A DNA stretch of 64,000 nucleotides from Octopus sinensis (GCF_006345805.1 NC_042998.1:168888001-168952000), one strand, 5' to 3'. Numbered from the stretch's first letter, positions 12,425 through 25,625 are shown. The notes: a model not told the origin generated them from the letters alone. Translations and numbers: made by a program.

Positions 12425-13900
12425 CACCTTCTGCTTTAGGCAAAAGGTCTGAAATTTGGAAGGATGAGCTAGTCGATTACATTGACCCCACCGCTCAAGT
12501 TGTACTTTCGTTTTCAACTCCGAAACGATGGAAAGCAAAGTCCACGTAGGAGAAATTTGAACTCAGAATGTAAAATGGAAGAAGTGCCACTAAACATTTT
12601 GTCCGTCGAGGTAATGATTCTGCCAGCTCACCACCTGTTTCAGATGTTAATAGTAGAGGTTATTTTTAGTCAGAGTAAAACTCCACAGATTTTAGAAGAA
12701 AAAACCCAAAGATCAGTTTCAAGCTATTACTATAACAGAACAAGTGAAATGAAAAGGTTCAACTTGGAATCGAAACCATGTCGCGCGTTCTTTACTTTCA
12801 GGCATGATGTTGTTTTGTCTTGTTTTTTTGCGGGGGAGGGGGTATGCCATTTTAGCTTCGTGAGATTATATGATCAAATGCATTCAGATTTTGACCACAC
12901 CGTCCCTTCTTCAAAATTGCACCAACCGTTATGTCCTTTCCTTTTATGTTTTTCTGACGGTAGGGTGTACTTTAAGGAAAATTTAACTCCTATGTTTAGC
13001 TCATATATAGGTTATATGGAATATTAATCCTTTCTACTCTGGGCACAAGGCCCGAAATTTGGGGGCAGGAGGCCAGTCGACTGGATCGACCCCAGTACGC
13101 AACTAGTATTTAATTTCTCGACCCAGAAAATATGGGAGACAAAGTCGACCTCACTGAAATTTGAACTCAGAACGTAGCGATGGGTGAAATAAGGCTAAGC
13201 ATTTCGCCCAGCGTGCTAACGATTCTGCCAGCTCGCCGCCTTGATATTTATATTAATGATAGTGCTAAACGTCTATACTTTGCTTTAAAAAAAATTATCA
13301 CGTGGATATTATATAAGAAAACATTATCACGATGCTTTACATATTATTAATATTTATTTCTGGAGGCAAGGTAAGGCGGCGAGCTAGTAGAATTCTTTGC
13401 ACTCCGGGCAAATGCTTAGCAGGATTTCGTCCGTCTTCATCTCCTGAGTTCCAGGGTCGATAAAATAAGTACCAGTTGAGCGCAGGAGTCAATGTAATTG
13501 ACTCACCCACTCATCCGAAATTACTGGCCTTGTGCCAAAATCTGAAGTCCATATTGATTCCTGAGGTAAAGCGGCGAGCTGGCAGAATCGTTGCTTAGCG
13601 GCATTTCGTCCATCTTTACGTCCCGAGCTCAAATTCCGCCAAGGTCAATTTTCCTTTAATCGGCCTAAGCCCTCTCCCGAAATTGCCGGCCTTGTGCCAA
13701 AATTTAAAACCAATATTGATTCCTGAGGCGGTCGCTTGGCAGAAACGATAGAAAGGCGAGTAAAAGGTCTTGACATATTTAGTTTCGTTATTTTACTTTC
13801 AGAGTTCAAATACCACCGATGTCAAATTTGGCTATCACCTTTCCGAAATTGATGAAATAAATAACCGAAGTATTGATGTAATCGATGAGACCTTACCCCA
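12425..13900. mobile_element. Cluster of older SINE-A copies (12425-12630 -, 13030-13242 -, 13375-13900 three + copies)
   Basis: Repeated GGCGAGCTGGCAGAA and GAGTTCAAAT motifs. Confidence 0.75.
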
Positions 13901-14139
13901 AATTGGGACCCTGTTTTAATGTTAGATATCAGATTTGGTTTCTTCGAACTTGGAACAAAGTCCTCATATTTTAAAAGTAAAGAAACAGAAGTTACTGTTA
14001 AGCTTTTATCATGGGAGTATAAGTGGAATTGAAACCTGCTCGTATTCTTTGCTTGTAGGACTGTATCTCTAGTTCACTTTACTCTATTTCTACTCTATTT
14101 CACTTCACACCTTTTATTATTGTTGACATAGCTACCGTA

Positions 14140-14669
14140 ACTATGGTAACAGCTACCGCTGCAGCCATTGTCAATACATCTTCGCGTGGCTACTACTGTT
14201 ATGTTTCATGCTACCACAATATGGAGACAGTAATATACTACTGCTACAACAGCTTCTACTGCAGCCACTACTACACTGCTGCTGTTTTGATTGATAACAC
14301 CACTGCACAAAATATACACTACACAACTACTAGTACTACTGACTTTGTGGTTGATACTGTCACTATACAGTCTTCTACTACCACTACCACCACCACCATC
14401 ACAGTTACCGATACCAACACTACTACTACTACTACTCCTACTGCTTGTTGTGTTGTTGTTGTTGTTGTTAAGCAACAAGACGGGTAAGGGTGATTAGGTG
14501 ATGGTCTAGGGCTTAAGGGCGGAAGACTCCAGACCTTGGAGAAAAAAAAACTTTGGTCATCTTGTTGTCGAGGGCTCTTCGTTGACGCCCGACACCACTG
14601 GGAGGTGGCCCTCGAAGTCGCTGGAAATGGAGATCTCCAGGTCCAAATTCTTGAACGGCTGCTGCTGCA

Positions 14670-14703
<34 letters not shown>

Positions 14704-15030
14704 AACTGCAACTACTACTCTACTACTACTACTACAATTGCTGTACTATCACTGCCACCGCTACTGCTTTTGGAAAATATCTACCAATACAACATCATCA
14801 CTACTACTACTGTTACTGCTACTGCTACTACTACTACAATAATTACTACTACTACTACAATTACTACTACTGATGTTGCTGTTGCTGTGGTTGATGCTCC
14901 CTCAATACATACAATAGCTACTACTACTACTACAACCACTACTACAACTACTAATACAATTACTACTACAACTATTACTACTACTATTGTTGCTACTACT
15001 ACTGCTGCTGCTACTACTGCTGCTGCTGCT
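14140..15030. repeat. Degenerate (ACT)n/(GCT)n low-complexity region
   Basis: Direct inspection. Source of the poly-T/V/L ORFs. Confidence 0.85.
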
Positions 15031-15339
15031 ATTTTTCTTTTGTTAAGACGAATACTGTTAGTTTAGCCAGAAGCTGGCAGGATCCTTGGGGGCCCAGGGA
15101 AATTGCTTTGCGTTGTTTGGTTACGTCCCTTATGTGCTAAGTTCAAATCAAATCCTATTGTGGTCTACTTTATGCTTCTTTGCTATCTACTTATTTATGA
15201 ATTACTAAGTAAAACAGCAGAGTCAATTTAATCCTCAACAAAGATTATGCCTTGTGATTATGTTCGAAATCATTATAATAATTATTTACAAAGCATAGTG
15301 GGGTGAGAAGACAAAGAATGGTGGAGAAAATGCATTGAG

Positions 15340-17178
15340 TTTCTTGCTTTCTCTTTAGTGCTGGTGCGCGATTGTAACGAGAGCTAAGATATTCGTTTGG
15401 ATTGTGTGAAGCTAGTTGATAGGAAAGGGTGGCACAAAAGCCTCACAAAACTGCTCAAACATTTCCAGTTGTCTTACAGGGACCGAGGGGATTTCTGATT
15501 GTGCCTTTAAGATCATGGAGAAACCCCATCAGGTCATCTGCGACATATCTAGATGGAGTTAAAGAGCATCTTGTAGGCCAGTAGAAAAGGATAATATAGG
15601 CTATCAACAATTTAAAATCGTCGGCTACACAGACCTCAAATTTGTGATCTGTGCGGACAAAGACAGGACACTAGTTACCGGAAGCTGGACGCATCCTTCC
15701 CGGCTCGCAAAGCTTACAGAGACCGGATCAATGAAATAAGGGAGCATTGATAAGGGCAATTATCAATAAAATATGGCGGTTCTCTCTGGAAAGGGTAATT
15801 AGAATAGAATCGATAAGGTTTAGAAAAGGACTAGCAGTAGAAAGAAATAGAGTGGAGGAAGAACAAGTCAGAAAATTAGATTAGACATTTAGAAAAGGCA
15901 TCACCACCGATGTGCACGCAGTGAGACTGGCACTCAACCAATTCTTTAACATGAAGCACAAAGGCTGCATTGTCAGAGATAAGGAACGTGCTCTTAGACA
16001 CGGAGAGACGAAAGCCGTTCAATGGGCCTGAGTGACAGAGGCACAACGTGACACTAAAGACCATGAGGGACATACCACGTGAACTAGAATATGGGAGATT
16101 AGTGTCGGAATACACTGACGACGTCTCTGTAGTGGTGTCGAAAACCAAAACACATTGAGATAATCGATGCCGCTTTCAGCCAGTACAAGGCGATTTTAGG
16201 AGCGACAATCAACTACAAAAGTCAGTGGGTTTGTGATTCGACACCAGAAGAAGCAAGTCTATGCTGTCCAGCTATGTTGTTGGAAGCTGGGTGGACGGAC
16301 CAGTTAAAGTGCTCGGGGTATGGTTCGGTTCGGACCTTCAGATGGGCAAAAACTGGAACGAGATAACAAGCAAGGTGGCTACTCTCACCTGGAAGGTCGG
16401 ACAGAGGTGACTAACGCGTACATGGTGTCCGTCATATACTACCACCGGACCGTCATGCCTTGTCTCGGTTCCCGTCCGGTTTCACTGGAGCGTATACCCT
16501 TTCGCTTCTTGTGGAAGAGAGGCGTTCCCATGGTCAAATGAGCTATCTTCTGCGTGGTTGACTGGGCATGCCATGACTGGTGATACGCAAACATGCGCTG
16601 AGGCTACGACATCGCCAGTGTTTCCTTGACAATAAACAGGAGTGGTTGCCACTCGCCAGACGCGTGTTTCCCCCAGCTTGTCTCCTTGACATGGTTGCAG
16701 TCTTGGATCAAGCATAGACCTAGAAAGCAAGTTGGAAAGTTGAGTGTCTTCAAGCACCCGCAGCCCTTAGCCAGTTGAGTACTGCGATAGTAAAAAATCC
16801 ACTTTAGCGTTTTATTGGGGATTAGAGAAGGATAACAACTATGTCGTTCTTGGGGAAATTCTGGGCTTCGAAGACAATCAACTTGTCACTCTCTTCCAGA
16901 AAACTTCTGGCCCAAGGTCAACGGATAACTTCCAGGAATCCTTGGTATGGCAGTGGTACCGAGGAGCATTTCTGGCTCGATTGAACTCAACAGGCGCGGC
17001 ATAAAAGGGATTGATGATAAACGCTTTCCTCTTCGGCCAATCCCTCATCAATTTCTTAAAGTTCCACTTGAAGTGAAAAATAATGATGGAGAGAGGTGTT
17101 GCCTTCTAGCTATATTGTTGGAAGGCGGATGAAAGTGGTGAGCATGGTGTGAGTGAACGGGCCTGTCCTGAGAATACG
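15340..17178 (+). mobile_element. L1/Tx1-like LINE, decayed, with an internal deletion
   Basis: APE remnants (RLDCV; SATYLDG; GYTDLKFV; YRKLDASF, cf. YWKLN), KGCIVR linker, RT YTDDVSVVVS and KVLGVWFG, C-terminus VNGPVLRIRL*. Most of the RT N-terminal half is missing near 16070. Confidence 0.8.
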
Positions 17179-17294
17179 CCTATGAATCGGAGATAAAGAA
17201 CTGAGAAAAAGCACCTGTCCCAGAAGCCAGGGCAGTCGTTGTTTTATGGGGATTTTCTGTGAGTAACTTGCGTACATCCCCTCCATACAATTGG

Positions 17295-17547
17295 CGGATA
17301 TTTGTCCTCACCTTGTTTGTTGTTAACACAACGTTTCGGCTGATATACCCTCCAGACTTCATCAGGTGTCTTGGTGAAATTTCGAACCTGGGTTCCCGTT
17401 CCCAATGTTATTATTATTATTATTATTATTCAGGTCACTGCCTGGACTCGAACTCGGAATCTTGGGATTAGTAGCCCGAGCTCTTAACCACTGCGCCATA
17501 TATCCGTGGGTAATTATGGAGTGAACTTTAGGGCTTATAAATCTAAT
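17295..17547 (-). mobile_element. tRNA-headed, hammerhead-containing SINE-like element (copy 1)
   Basis: Reverse complement of TGGCGCAGTGGTTAAGAGC...GAGTTCGAGTCC-(AAT)n-...GACACCTGATGAAGTCTGGAGGGTATATCAGCCGAAACGTTGTGTT. Confidence 0.8.
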
Positions 17548-17566
17548 ATTCTCCAATCCTTCCTTA

Positions 17567-17870
17567 ATTAGATTTATAAGCCCTAAAATTCACTCCATAA
17601 TTGCCCACGGGTATATGGCGTAGTGGTTAAGAGCACGAGCTACTAACCCCAAGATTCCGAGTTCTTGTCCAGGCAGTGACCAGAATAATAATAATAATAA
17701 CAACAACAACAACAACAACATCGAAAAATAACTTAGGAATGAGAACCCAGGTTCGAAATTTCCCCAAAACACCTGATGAAGGCTGGAGGGTATCAGCTGA
17801 AACGTTGTGTTAACAACAAACAAGATGAGGACAAATATCCGTCAGTTATAATAATGTACAAAGTTACTCC
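17567..17870 (+). mobile_element. tRNA-headed, hammerhead-containing SINE-like element (copy 2), inverted relative to copy 1
   Basis: Box A TGGCGTAGTGG, degenerate box B, (AAT)n(AAC)n, HHR AACAC-CTGATGA-A-GGCTG...CAGCT-GAAAC-GT-T-GTGTT at 17768-17811. Confidence 0.8.
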
Positions 17871-18130
17871 GTTTCTTCAATATAGAATTGTATGATTCAT
17901 TTTTATTTTAAACTTATTTACACAAAAAGACTCTCACGCCAACGCACATGCACACACACACACACACACACACCACACAAGCATACATACACACATATAC
18001 TCGGTGCTTTATCCTGTGACGTCCTTAATGTCTTATAATGTGTATGCCTTTATAGTTAATAAAGAAATCAACATCATCACATCACCATCATCATCATCAT
18101 CATCATTATCATTATTATTATTATTATTAT

Positions 18131-19251
18131 TCAGTAGTCTATTTTTATTACATGATTCCACTGCACTGCCGAACGTAGCTCTGTGTGCCTTGGGTATGTG
18201 GTGTGGTTTGCTGTGATGCTCTTATTGTTACTGTATTGAAAATGTTTTACGTAGGACGTGTGCGGTGCCTAGTAGTGCTATTTTCTGTATGTTATATATA
18301 CTTGTTAGTCCTGGTGCTTTTGTTATGTATTTGTCTGAATATCGTTATCATACCTAATACGCCTACTATGATAGGAATTGTTTTCAGACTCCACATTCGA
18401 GTTACCTGTTTCCAGATCTTTGTATTTTGAAAGTTGCTCCGTTTCTTTTACGGAAACATTGTCATTTGTTGGTATCGATACATCGATAAGAAAGCATTTT
18501 TTCTTGATGATCTCTGACAACTATATTCGGCCTATTGGCCTTAATTTCTCCATCAGTGTGTATAGGCATATCCCAGAGTATGATTGCTTTCTCGTTTTCT
18601 GTGTCCTTTTCTGGTGTGTGCCTATACCATCTTTTTTCTCTTGTTATTCCATAGTGTTGGCATATCTTCCAGTGTATATAGGTCCCAACTCTGTCATGTC
18701 TGTGAATATATTCCTTCTTAGCCAGGACTGGGTAGCCAGAGACAATATGATTTATTGTTTCTTGTCCTTCTTCACATGTTCTGCAGTTACTTGTTATGTT
18801 TCTTTTCATTACAAGTTTTAGTAATTTCTGGTGGGACGGCTTTAGTCTTGTGCTGCAATTAAAAATACTTCAATCTGCTTTGAGTCCTGAGCTTCTCAGC
18901 CATTGTTGGGATTTTGCTTTGTATATTCCTTTTCTATTTAGTTTAACCCAGTATTTGTCGTGAAGGGGCTTTTTTGCCATCGTTTTATCCCGTTGCTGTT
19001 CCAGTTTTAGTTTGGGTCTCAGATGTTTTACAGCTTTCGTTGTTTCTTCTTTGTCTTCTTAGTTGTTAGGTACTGTGACTTTTTTTATTTGCCAGCTTCT
19101 TTAAAAACTGAAAACAGTTTTTTGTTTTGTTCATGTTTTGTGGCTATTTTTATTAGTTTTCCTTGCTTCTGAAGTAGGTATTTCTGTAGTCATATGATGG
19201 TTATTTTGCAATAGTTTTCTAACTGTGTAAGGCCTCTACCACCTTCGATAC

Positions 19252-19252
<1 letters not shown>
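18131..19252 (-). mobile_element. R4/Dong-like RLE non-LTR retrotransposon, 5'-truncated, within (TAA)n
   Basis: CRTCEEGQETINHIVSGYPVLAKKEYIHRHD (CCHC), ANRPNIVVRD...IDVS (RLE). (ATT)n on both flanks. Confidence 0.92.
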
Positions 19253-19321
<69 letters not shown>

Positions 19322-19856
19322 TATTATTATTATTATTCAATTACCAAAAATTGTGAAAAAAATGTTATCTGCTATATCATTACGAATGTCTACCTCAATG
19401 TCTGAATTTTCTGTTAAAAAATCATCGTTAAAATATTTGTCCTTTGTCATTTTGTTTGCTTTGTCTGTAATACTAAATTGAACTATCTGGAATCGTTGTC
19501 TTTGGTCAGTAGTAGCTATTTTAAGTTGTCTGTAAACGCAAAATAATATTGTTTAAAATGTCTAATCATGACCAGTCACTTTATCTCCTGTACTGAGAAA
19601 AATGTCTTGACGTTCCAGAAGAATGTTCTGGAGGAAATATGTAAAAAGACTGGTTTCGTTCTTTGCTCGTATCTTGGATTCGCCTGCTAAACGATTCTTC
19701 TGTGCTTGTAGATATTACCTTGAACCAGCAACGACCTCTTTTCATACTACCAAACTAGTCTTTCCGTGTGTTATCCGTAGTCCAAAAGTAGAACATCCCC
19801 CAGAACACACCAGTGCTGTTGTGACTCATTAAGTTGTTAAATATTAAATGATATTA

Positions 19857-20250
19857 AGGTGGCCAGCTAGCAGAAACGTTAGCGCGCCTGTCGAAATGCT
19901 TAGCGGTATTTCGTCTGCCGCTACGTTCTGAGTTCAAATTCCGCCGAGGTCGACTTTGCCTTTCATCCTTTCGGGGTCGATTAAATAAGTACCAGTTACG
20001 CACTGGGGTCGATGTAATCGACTTAATCCGTTTGTCTGTCCTTGTTTATCCTCTCTGTATTTAGCCCCTTGTGGGTAGTAAAGAAATAGGTATTTCGCCT
20101 GTCTTTGTGCTCTGAGTTCAAATTCCACCGAGGTCGACTTTGCCTTTGATCCTTTCGGGGTCGATAAATTAAGTACCAGCTGCGTACTGCGGTCGATCTA
20201 ATCGACTGGCCCCCTCCCCCAAAATTTCGGGCCTTGTGCCTAGAGTAGAG
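19857..20250 (+). mobile_element. SINE family A concatemer (head-body-tail1-body-tail2)
   Basis: Junction AAAGAAATA|GGTATTTCG at ~20087. Confidence 0.9.
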
Positions 20251-20593
20251 AAAAATATTAAATAATATTCTACGCCTGTTGCTAACAGAGAAATGATTAG
20301 TAATTAAAGTGAAGGATCTCTTAGCAATATTAGTCTTAACTACTGGATTAAAGAAGATAATGTTATTCAATAGATATTTATCATCTTCCAATTGCCTGAC
20401 TCACTATATAACCAATTTATACGACAAATAACCATAGTGACATTGATGTGTCATTTGAGAACAAAACCAAATTACTTAACAGTATTACAATATTTTGTCA
20501 CAAACTTCTGCTTCCAGGTTCAGAGTGTAAAAATCATGTCAGGATGGTTAACTTAGCCTATCATTCATAAAAGAAAAGTGAAAGCGCTCTTTG

Positions 20594-20645
<52 letters not shown>

Positions 20646-20702
20646 TCTCTCCCTCTCTCTAACTCTGTACACACACACACACACACATACACACACACAC
20701 AC

Positions 20703-20733
<31 letters not shown>

Positions 20734-21027
20734 TCAGCCATAACCCTTTTATCTCCGTCTCTCCCTCATTGTTCTACTAACAAATTTCCCCCTTTGCTGT
20801 CTCTGTCTTCATTCGTCTGCTATTGTTTTCCACCTCTCTTACCGCAAAATATTCTATTATGGCCTCTCTCTCGGTTTATTGCTTTGTGTCATAATGTGCT
20901 CTATTTTACTCTGTTTCGTCTTGTTTGTTTATTTTCCTATCTTAAATTTATCGTCATGTCGTATGATCCCTTCTATACGTTTCCCTATTCATTTCGTCCT
21001 GCACCTGTATATATATATATATAATAT

Positions 21028-21079
<52 letters not shown>

Positions 21080-21081
21080 CG

Positions 21082-21122
<41 letters not shown>

Positions 21123-21260
21123 AGGGTTAAAAATCCATAAAAAGCCAAATGTTTCGATGTGTATGTCCATCTTAAAAATACAAAAATGAGGAAATAAGAA
21201 AAAATTGGAAATTAAAAACAGTTCGTTTTCAATTTTTGTGCGCAGTTAAGGACATGTCGT

Positions 21261-21616
21261 GGACCTCCGTCGGTTACAACGACGAGGGTTCTAGTTGATC
21301 CGATCAACGGAACAGCCTGCTCGTGAAATTAACGTGCAAGTGGATGAGCACTTCACAGACACGTGCACCCTTAACGTAGTTCGCGGGAGATTCAGCGTAA
21401 CACAAGGCTGGCCCTTTGAAATACAGATACAACAGAAACAGGAAGAAAGAGTGAGAGAAAGAGTATAGCATGGCTCACCACCACCCCCTACCGGAGCCTC
21501 GTGGAATTTAAGTGTTGTCGGTCAATAAACACTCACAACAACCGGTCTGGGAATCGAAACCGCGATCCTATGACCGCGAGTCCGCTGCCCTAACCACTGG
21601 GCCATTGCGCCTCCAC
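21261..21616 (-). mobile_element. SINE family C, full length
   Basis: Reverse complement of GGAGGCGCAATGGCCCAGTGGTTAGGGCAGCGGACTCGCGGTC...GCAGGCTGTTCCGTTGATCGGATCAAC...AACCGACGGAG. Same family as 61078-61449. Confidence 0.9.
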
Positions 21617-21875
21617 TCTTGACATGTATATAAAAAAAAACGATGAACAATGACTGGTAGAATATTGAGTGAAACCTAATAACCAATTGATCTAGCAAGC
21701 GGGGCCTCATTTCAGGGTGGGGGGACTGATACACAATGATACTGTCGGAAGGCCGCGAAACGGCCCGCATCCTGTCTTGATGACCCCATAGATTGCTAGC
21801 ATCCGGTATGCGGAACTTTCAACTGGTAGCACTTTATATATATATATTGATAAAAACGGTAAGATAACAAAAGGA

Positions 21876-22194
<319 letters not shown>

Positions 22195-22889
22195 TATTTG
22201 TAACGCAACGCAGGTGTTAATCCTTAGCTGTATGTTTTCTAATCTGCGAACAAGAATCTATTTATTGTTATCTATTCATCTATTCCTCTACTTATATATC
22301 TCTCTTTCCATCTTACACTTTATATATTACATCACATTCATTTTCTATCACTTTCTCAACTATGTGTGGGATTAACATTAAAACGATTTTGGGACTTCAA
22401 ATTCGACCATCACAAGTCTTACTATGAACCTACGGGCAAAACTTTGCGGCAAAATATTGTAAGGTGATTTAGTATATTACTGTAATATCTTGACAATGTC
22501 ACTATGACTACTTATCATATATAATAGAAAAGAAAGTTTAGCATTCAGAAACTCAGACATCTTTTGAGTGTAATGTAGTACTGTCTTTCATGTAGATACA
22601 ACGGAACAGTGATGTTAGAATCATATATATTGTCGCAGACAAAATTTTCACTCTGCACACCTGCCAAAACACTTGTTGGCAATTGAACTGTTCTGGTTGC
22701 TAATATTAGTTATAACAGCTGTGGCTATTACTACTGCTTTTGAGGCGGTATATTTTGCTGCCATTTTATTTTATTATAATGTTTCTTGTTGCTTTTATCA
22801 CTGTTTTGGTGGTAATGTGATTGCTTCCATTGAATATTGACGCCATTGTTCTCATTGTTATCACTACTGTTGATAGAGGCTGCGAGTTG

Positions 22890-24420
22890 ACTTGTTCGAT
22901 AAAGCTTCAGGCAAAAATATTTTGGTAAATTCCACCAAGATCAGCTTTGCCTTTCATCCCTGTTCAATAAAATAAAGTACCAGTCAAAAATCACACTGAG
23001 ATCAGTTTTGCCTCTCATACCCATTTAATCGTTAATAATAAGTACCAATCAAGTACTGGAATTCATTTGACTATCTCCGTCTCCTTAAATCGAATAACCC
23101 TCCTGCTAAACTTATGCCTCGATTAAAAATCATTATTACTGTTCTTGTTATGGCGGCGAGCTGGCAGAATCCTTGCCGCGACGGACAAAATGCTTAACAG
23201 CATTTCTTCTGGATCTTTTCGTTCTGAGTTCAAAAATCCACGAGGGTTGACTTTGCCTTTCATCCTTTCGGGTCGATAGAATAAGTGCCAGTTGAGCATT
23301 GGGACCGATGTAATCGTCTTACCCACTTCTCTGAACTTGCTGGCCTAGTGCAAAAGTTTAAAACCGTTATTAAGGCGGTGAACTGGCAGAGCCCTTAGCA
23401 CGATGAACAAAATGATCGGCGGTATTTCGTCTGTCTTGACGTTCTGAGCTCAAATTCCGCCGAGGTTGACTTTGCCTTTCATCCTTTCAGGTTTTATAAA
23501 ATAAGTACTTGTCCAGTACTGGATCGATGTTATCGACTTGCCTTTCCCGCAAAATCTGATGACCTTGTGCCGAAATTTGAAATCATTGAGGCCTTGTGCC
23601 TATAGTAGTAAGGTTTATTACTGTTGATATTAAGCAATGGATTGACCGAACCGTTAGAGCGTTTGACAAAATGCCAAACGGTATTTAGTTACGACTCTCC
23701 ACGTTTTAAGTTCAAATCCCGTCGATGTCAACTTTGCTTTCACTTTCCTGAGTCGATAATATAAAGTTATAGTCATGTAGTGTCTATTTCATTGACTATG
23801 TCCTTACCCCACGATTTATGATTTTGTGCCTCTGCTAGAAGCCATCAACTACACGTGTTGTTCTTGTGAAGCTGCTGTTACCATATTATATGGTAAGGCG
23901 GCGAGCTGACAAAATTGTTAGTGCGTCGGAGAAAATCCTTAACCCTTTTGAGACACACGTTGTTTTCGTATGTGAAGCCAAAAAGACCAAATTTTTTTTT
24001 TTTTTTTCTGTTGAAATGAAAATTGATCGGGGCATGTAGAAAACAAAGGATGAAGTTCCTAAAACTACTTTATTAGTATATAAAACTATATATATGATAT
24101 AGTTTTATATTATATCTACTGAAAGACGATCTCTGAGTGGCTTTTACACTTCATAACGTTTGTTTCATCGAGCTGATGTATTTACCTCAAACTCTTTTCA
24201 GCTTGTATCACTTGGGCTGATCAATCGGTCCGAGTGTCGCAAGAGAGTCACTAGCGGTTCTCCCGGCTCCTTACACTCTAAATTTAAATTCTACAGATGT
24301 CAACTTTGCTTTTCATTCTTTCGAGGTCGATAAAATAAAGTACCTGTCTAGGACTGAAGTCGATGTATTATTCCCATTCACTAAAATTGCTGGCTTGGTG
24401 CCATAATTTGAAGCCATGTT
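22890..24420 (+). mobile_element. Cluster of old SINE-A copies and fragments
   Basis: At least 5 recurrences of GGCGAGCTG(G/A)CAGAA and CTTTGCCTTTCATCC...AAGTACC. Confidence 0.75.
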
Positions 24421-24654
24421 TACTGTTGCTGCTACTGGTACTGCTGCTGCCGTCACTATTGCTGCTTTACTTTTCATAATATCGTTGTTATTGCTAAGGT
24501 GTTAATGTGGTGAACTGGCAGAATCATTAAAAGGTCAGACAAAATACCTTGCGGTATTTTTTCCGATTAGTTAAATTCTATGTTAAAATTTTGTCGGTCG
24601 ACTACAACTGCCATCGCTTCAGGGTCGGTAAAATAAATTTAGAGTCAAGTAGGC

Positions 24655-25185
24655 ACAGGAGCTGTGTGATAAGTAGCTTGCTTTTTTTTTCTTTTTTTTT
24701 TTTTTGTCTTCTCCCTTTAATATCATTTTATTTCATCATTCATCTCATCAATGTTTCTGTCCAGCCCACAAGTTACTCTATATCATGTATTTATGGCAAA
24801 TTTTTTTGAAATAAAGTAGCTTGCTCACCAACCACATGGTTCCGGGTCCAGTCCCACTGCATGATACCTTGGACAAGTGTCTTCCACTTACAGCCTCGGG
24901 CTGACCAAAGCCTTGTGAATGGATTTGGTAGACAGAAACTGAAAGAAGCTCGTCGTATGTGTGTGTGTGTGGTGTGTGTGTGTGTTTTTGTCTGTATTTG
25001 TCCCCCCACTATCACTTGACAACCGATATTGGTGTATTTATGTCCCCGTAGCTTAGCAGTTCGGCAAAAGAGACCAATAGAATAAGCACTAGGCTTACAA
25101 AGAATAAGTCCTGGGGTTCATTTGTTCGACTAAAGGCGGTGCTCCAGCATGGCCGCAGTCAAATGACTGAAACAAAATGGAAAGT
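24655..25185 (+). mobile_element. SINE family B with an interrupted head
   Basis: CORE-like ACCTTGGACAAGTGTCTTCC, internal (GT)n, tail GGCGGTGCTCCAGCATGGCCGCAGTCAAATGACTGAAAC. Confidence 0.85.
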
Positions 25186-25299
25186 AAAAATGTAAAAAGT
25201 AAGTACTGCGGACAATGGCATTGACTTGACCCCACATCTTAACACTGATGGCCTTCTGCCTAAATTAAAAGCCATTATTCTTACACTGTAAAGGTGCAT

Positions 25300-25625
25300 A
25301 ACTCAGTGGTTAGAGCGTTGGGCTCACAATCATGAGGTAATGAGTTCGATCCCTGGACTGTGTGTTGTATTCTTGAACAACACACCATTTCATGCTGCTC
25401 CAGTTCACTCAGCTGTAGGAATGAGTTGCAACGTCACAAGTGCCAAGCTGTATCCGCCTTTCTCTTTCTTTTGGACAACATCGGTGGCATAGAGAAGGAA
25501 GGCTGGTATGCATGGGCGACTGCTGGTCTTCCATAAACAACCTTGCCTAGACTTGTGCCTCGGAGGGTAACTTTTTAGGTACAATCCCATGGTCACCCAT
25601 GACTGAAAGGGGGTCTATACCCTTT
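25300..25625 (+). mobile_element. SINE family D variant
   Basis: CTCAGTGGTTAGAGCG...GAGTTCGATCCC head. Body homologous to 10380-10790. Confidence 0.75.

Noticed and set aside
17610-17685. SINE heads as functional tRNA genes (also 47715, 61078 and others)
   Set aside because: Acceptor and T stems are broken and each continues into a repeat body.
21135-21185. Additional hammerhead candidate on the minus strand
   Set aside because: Core and stem II are too degenerate.
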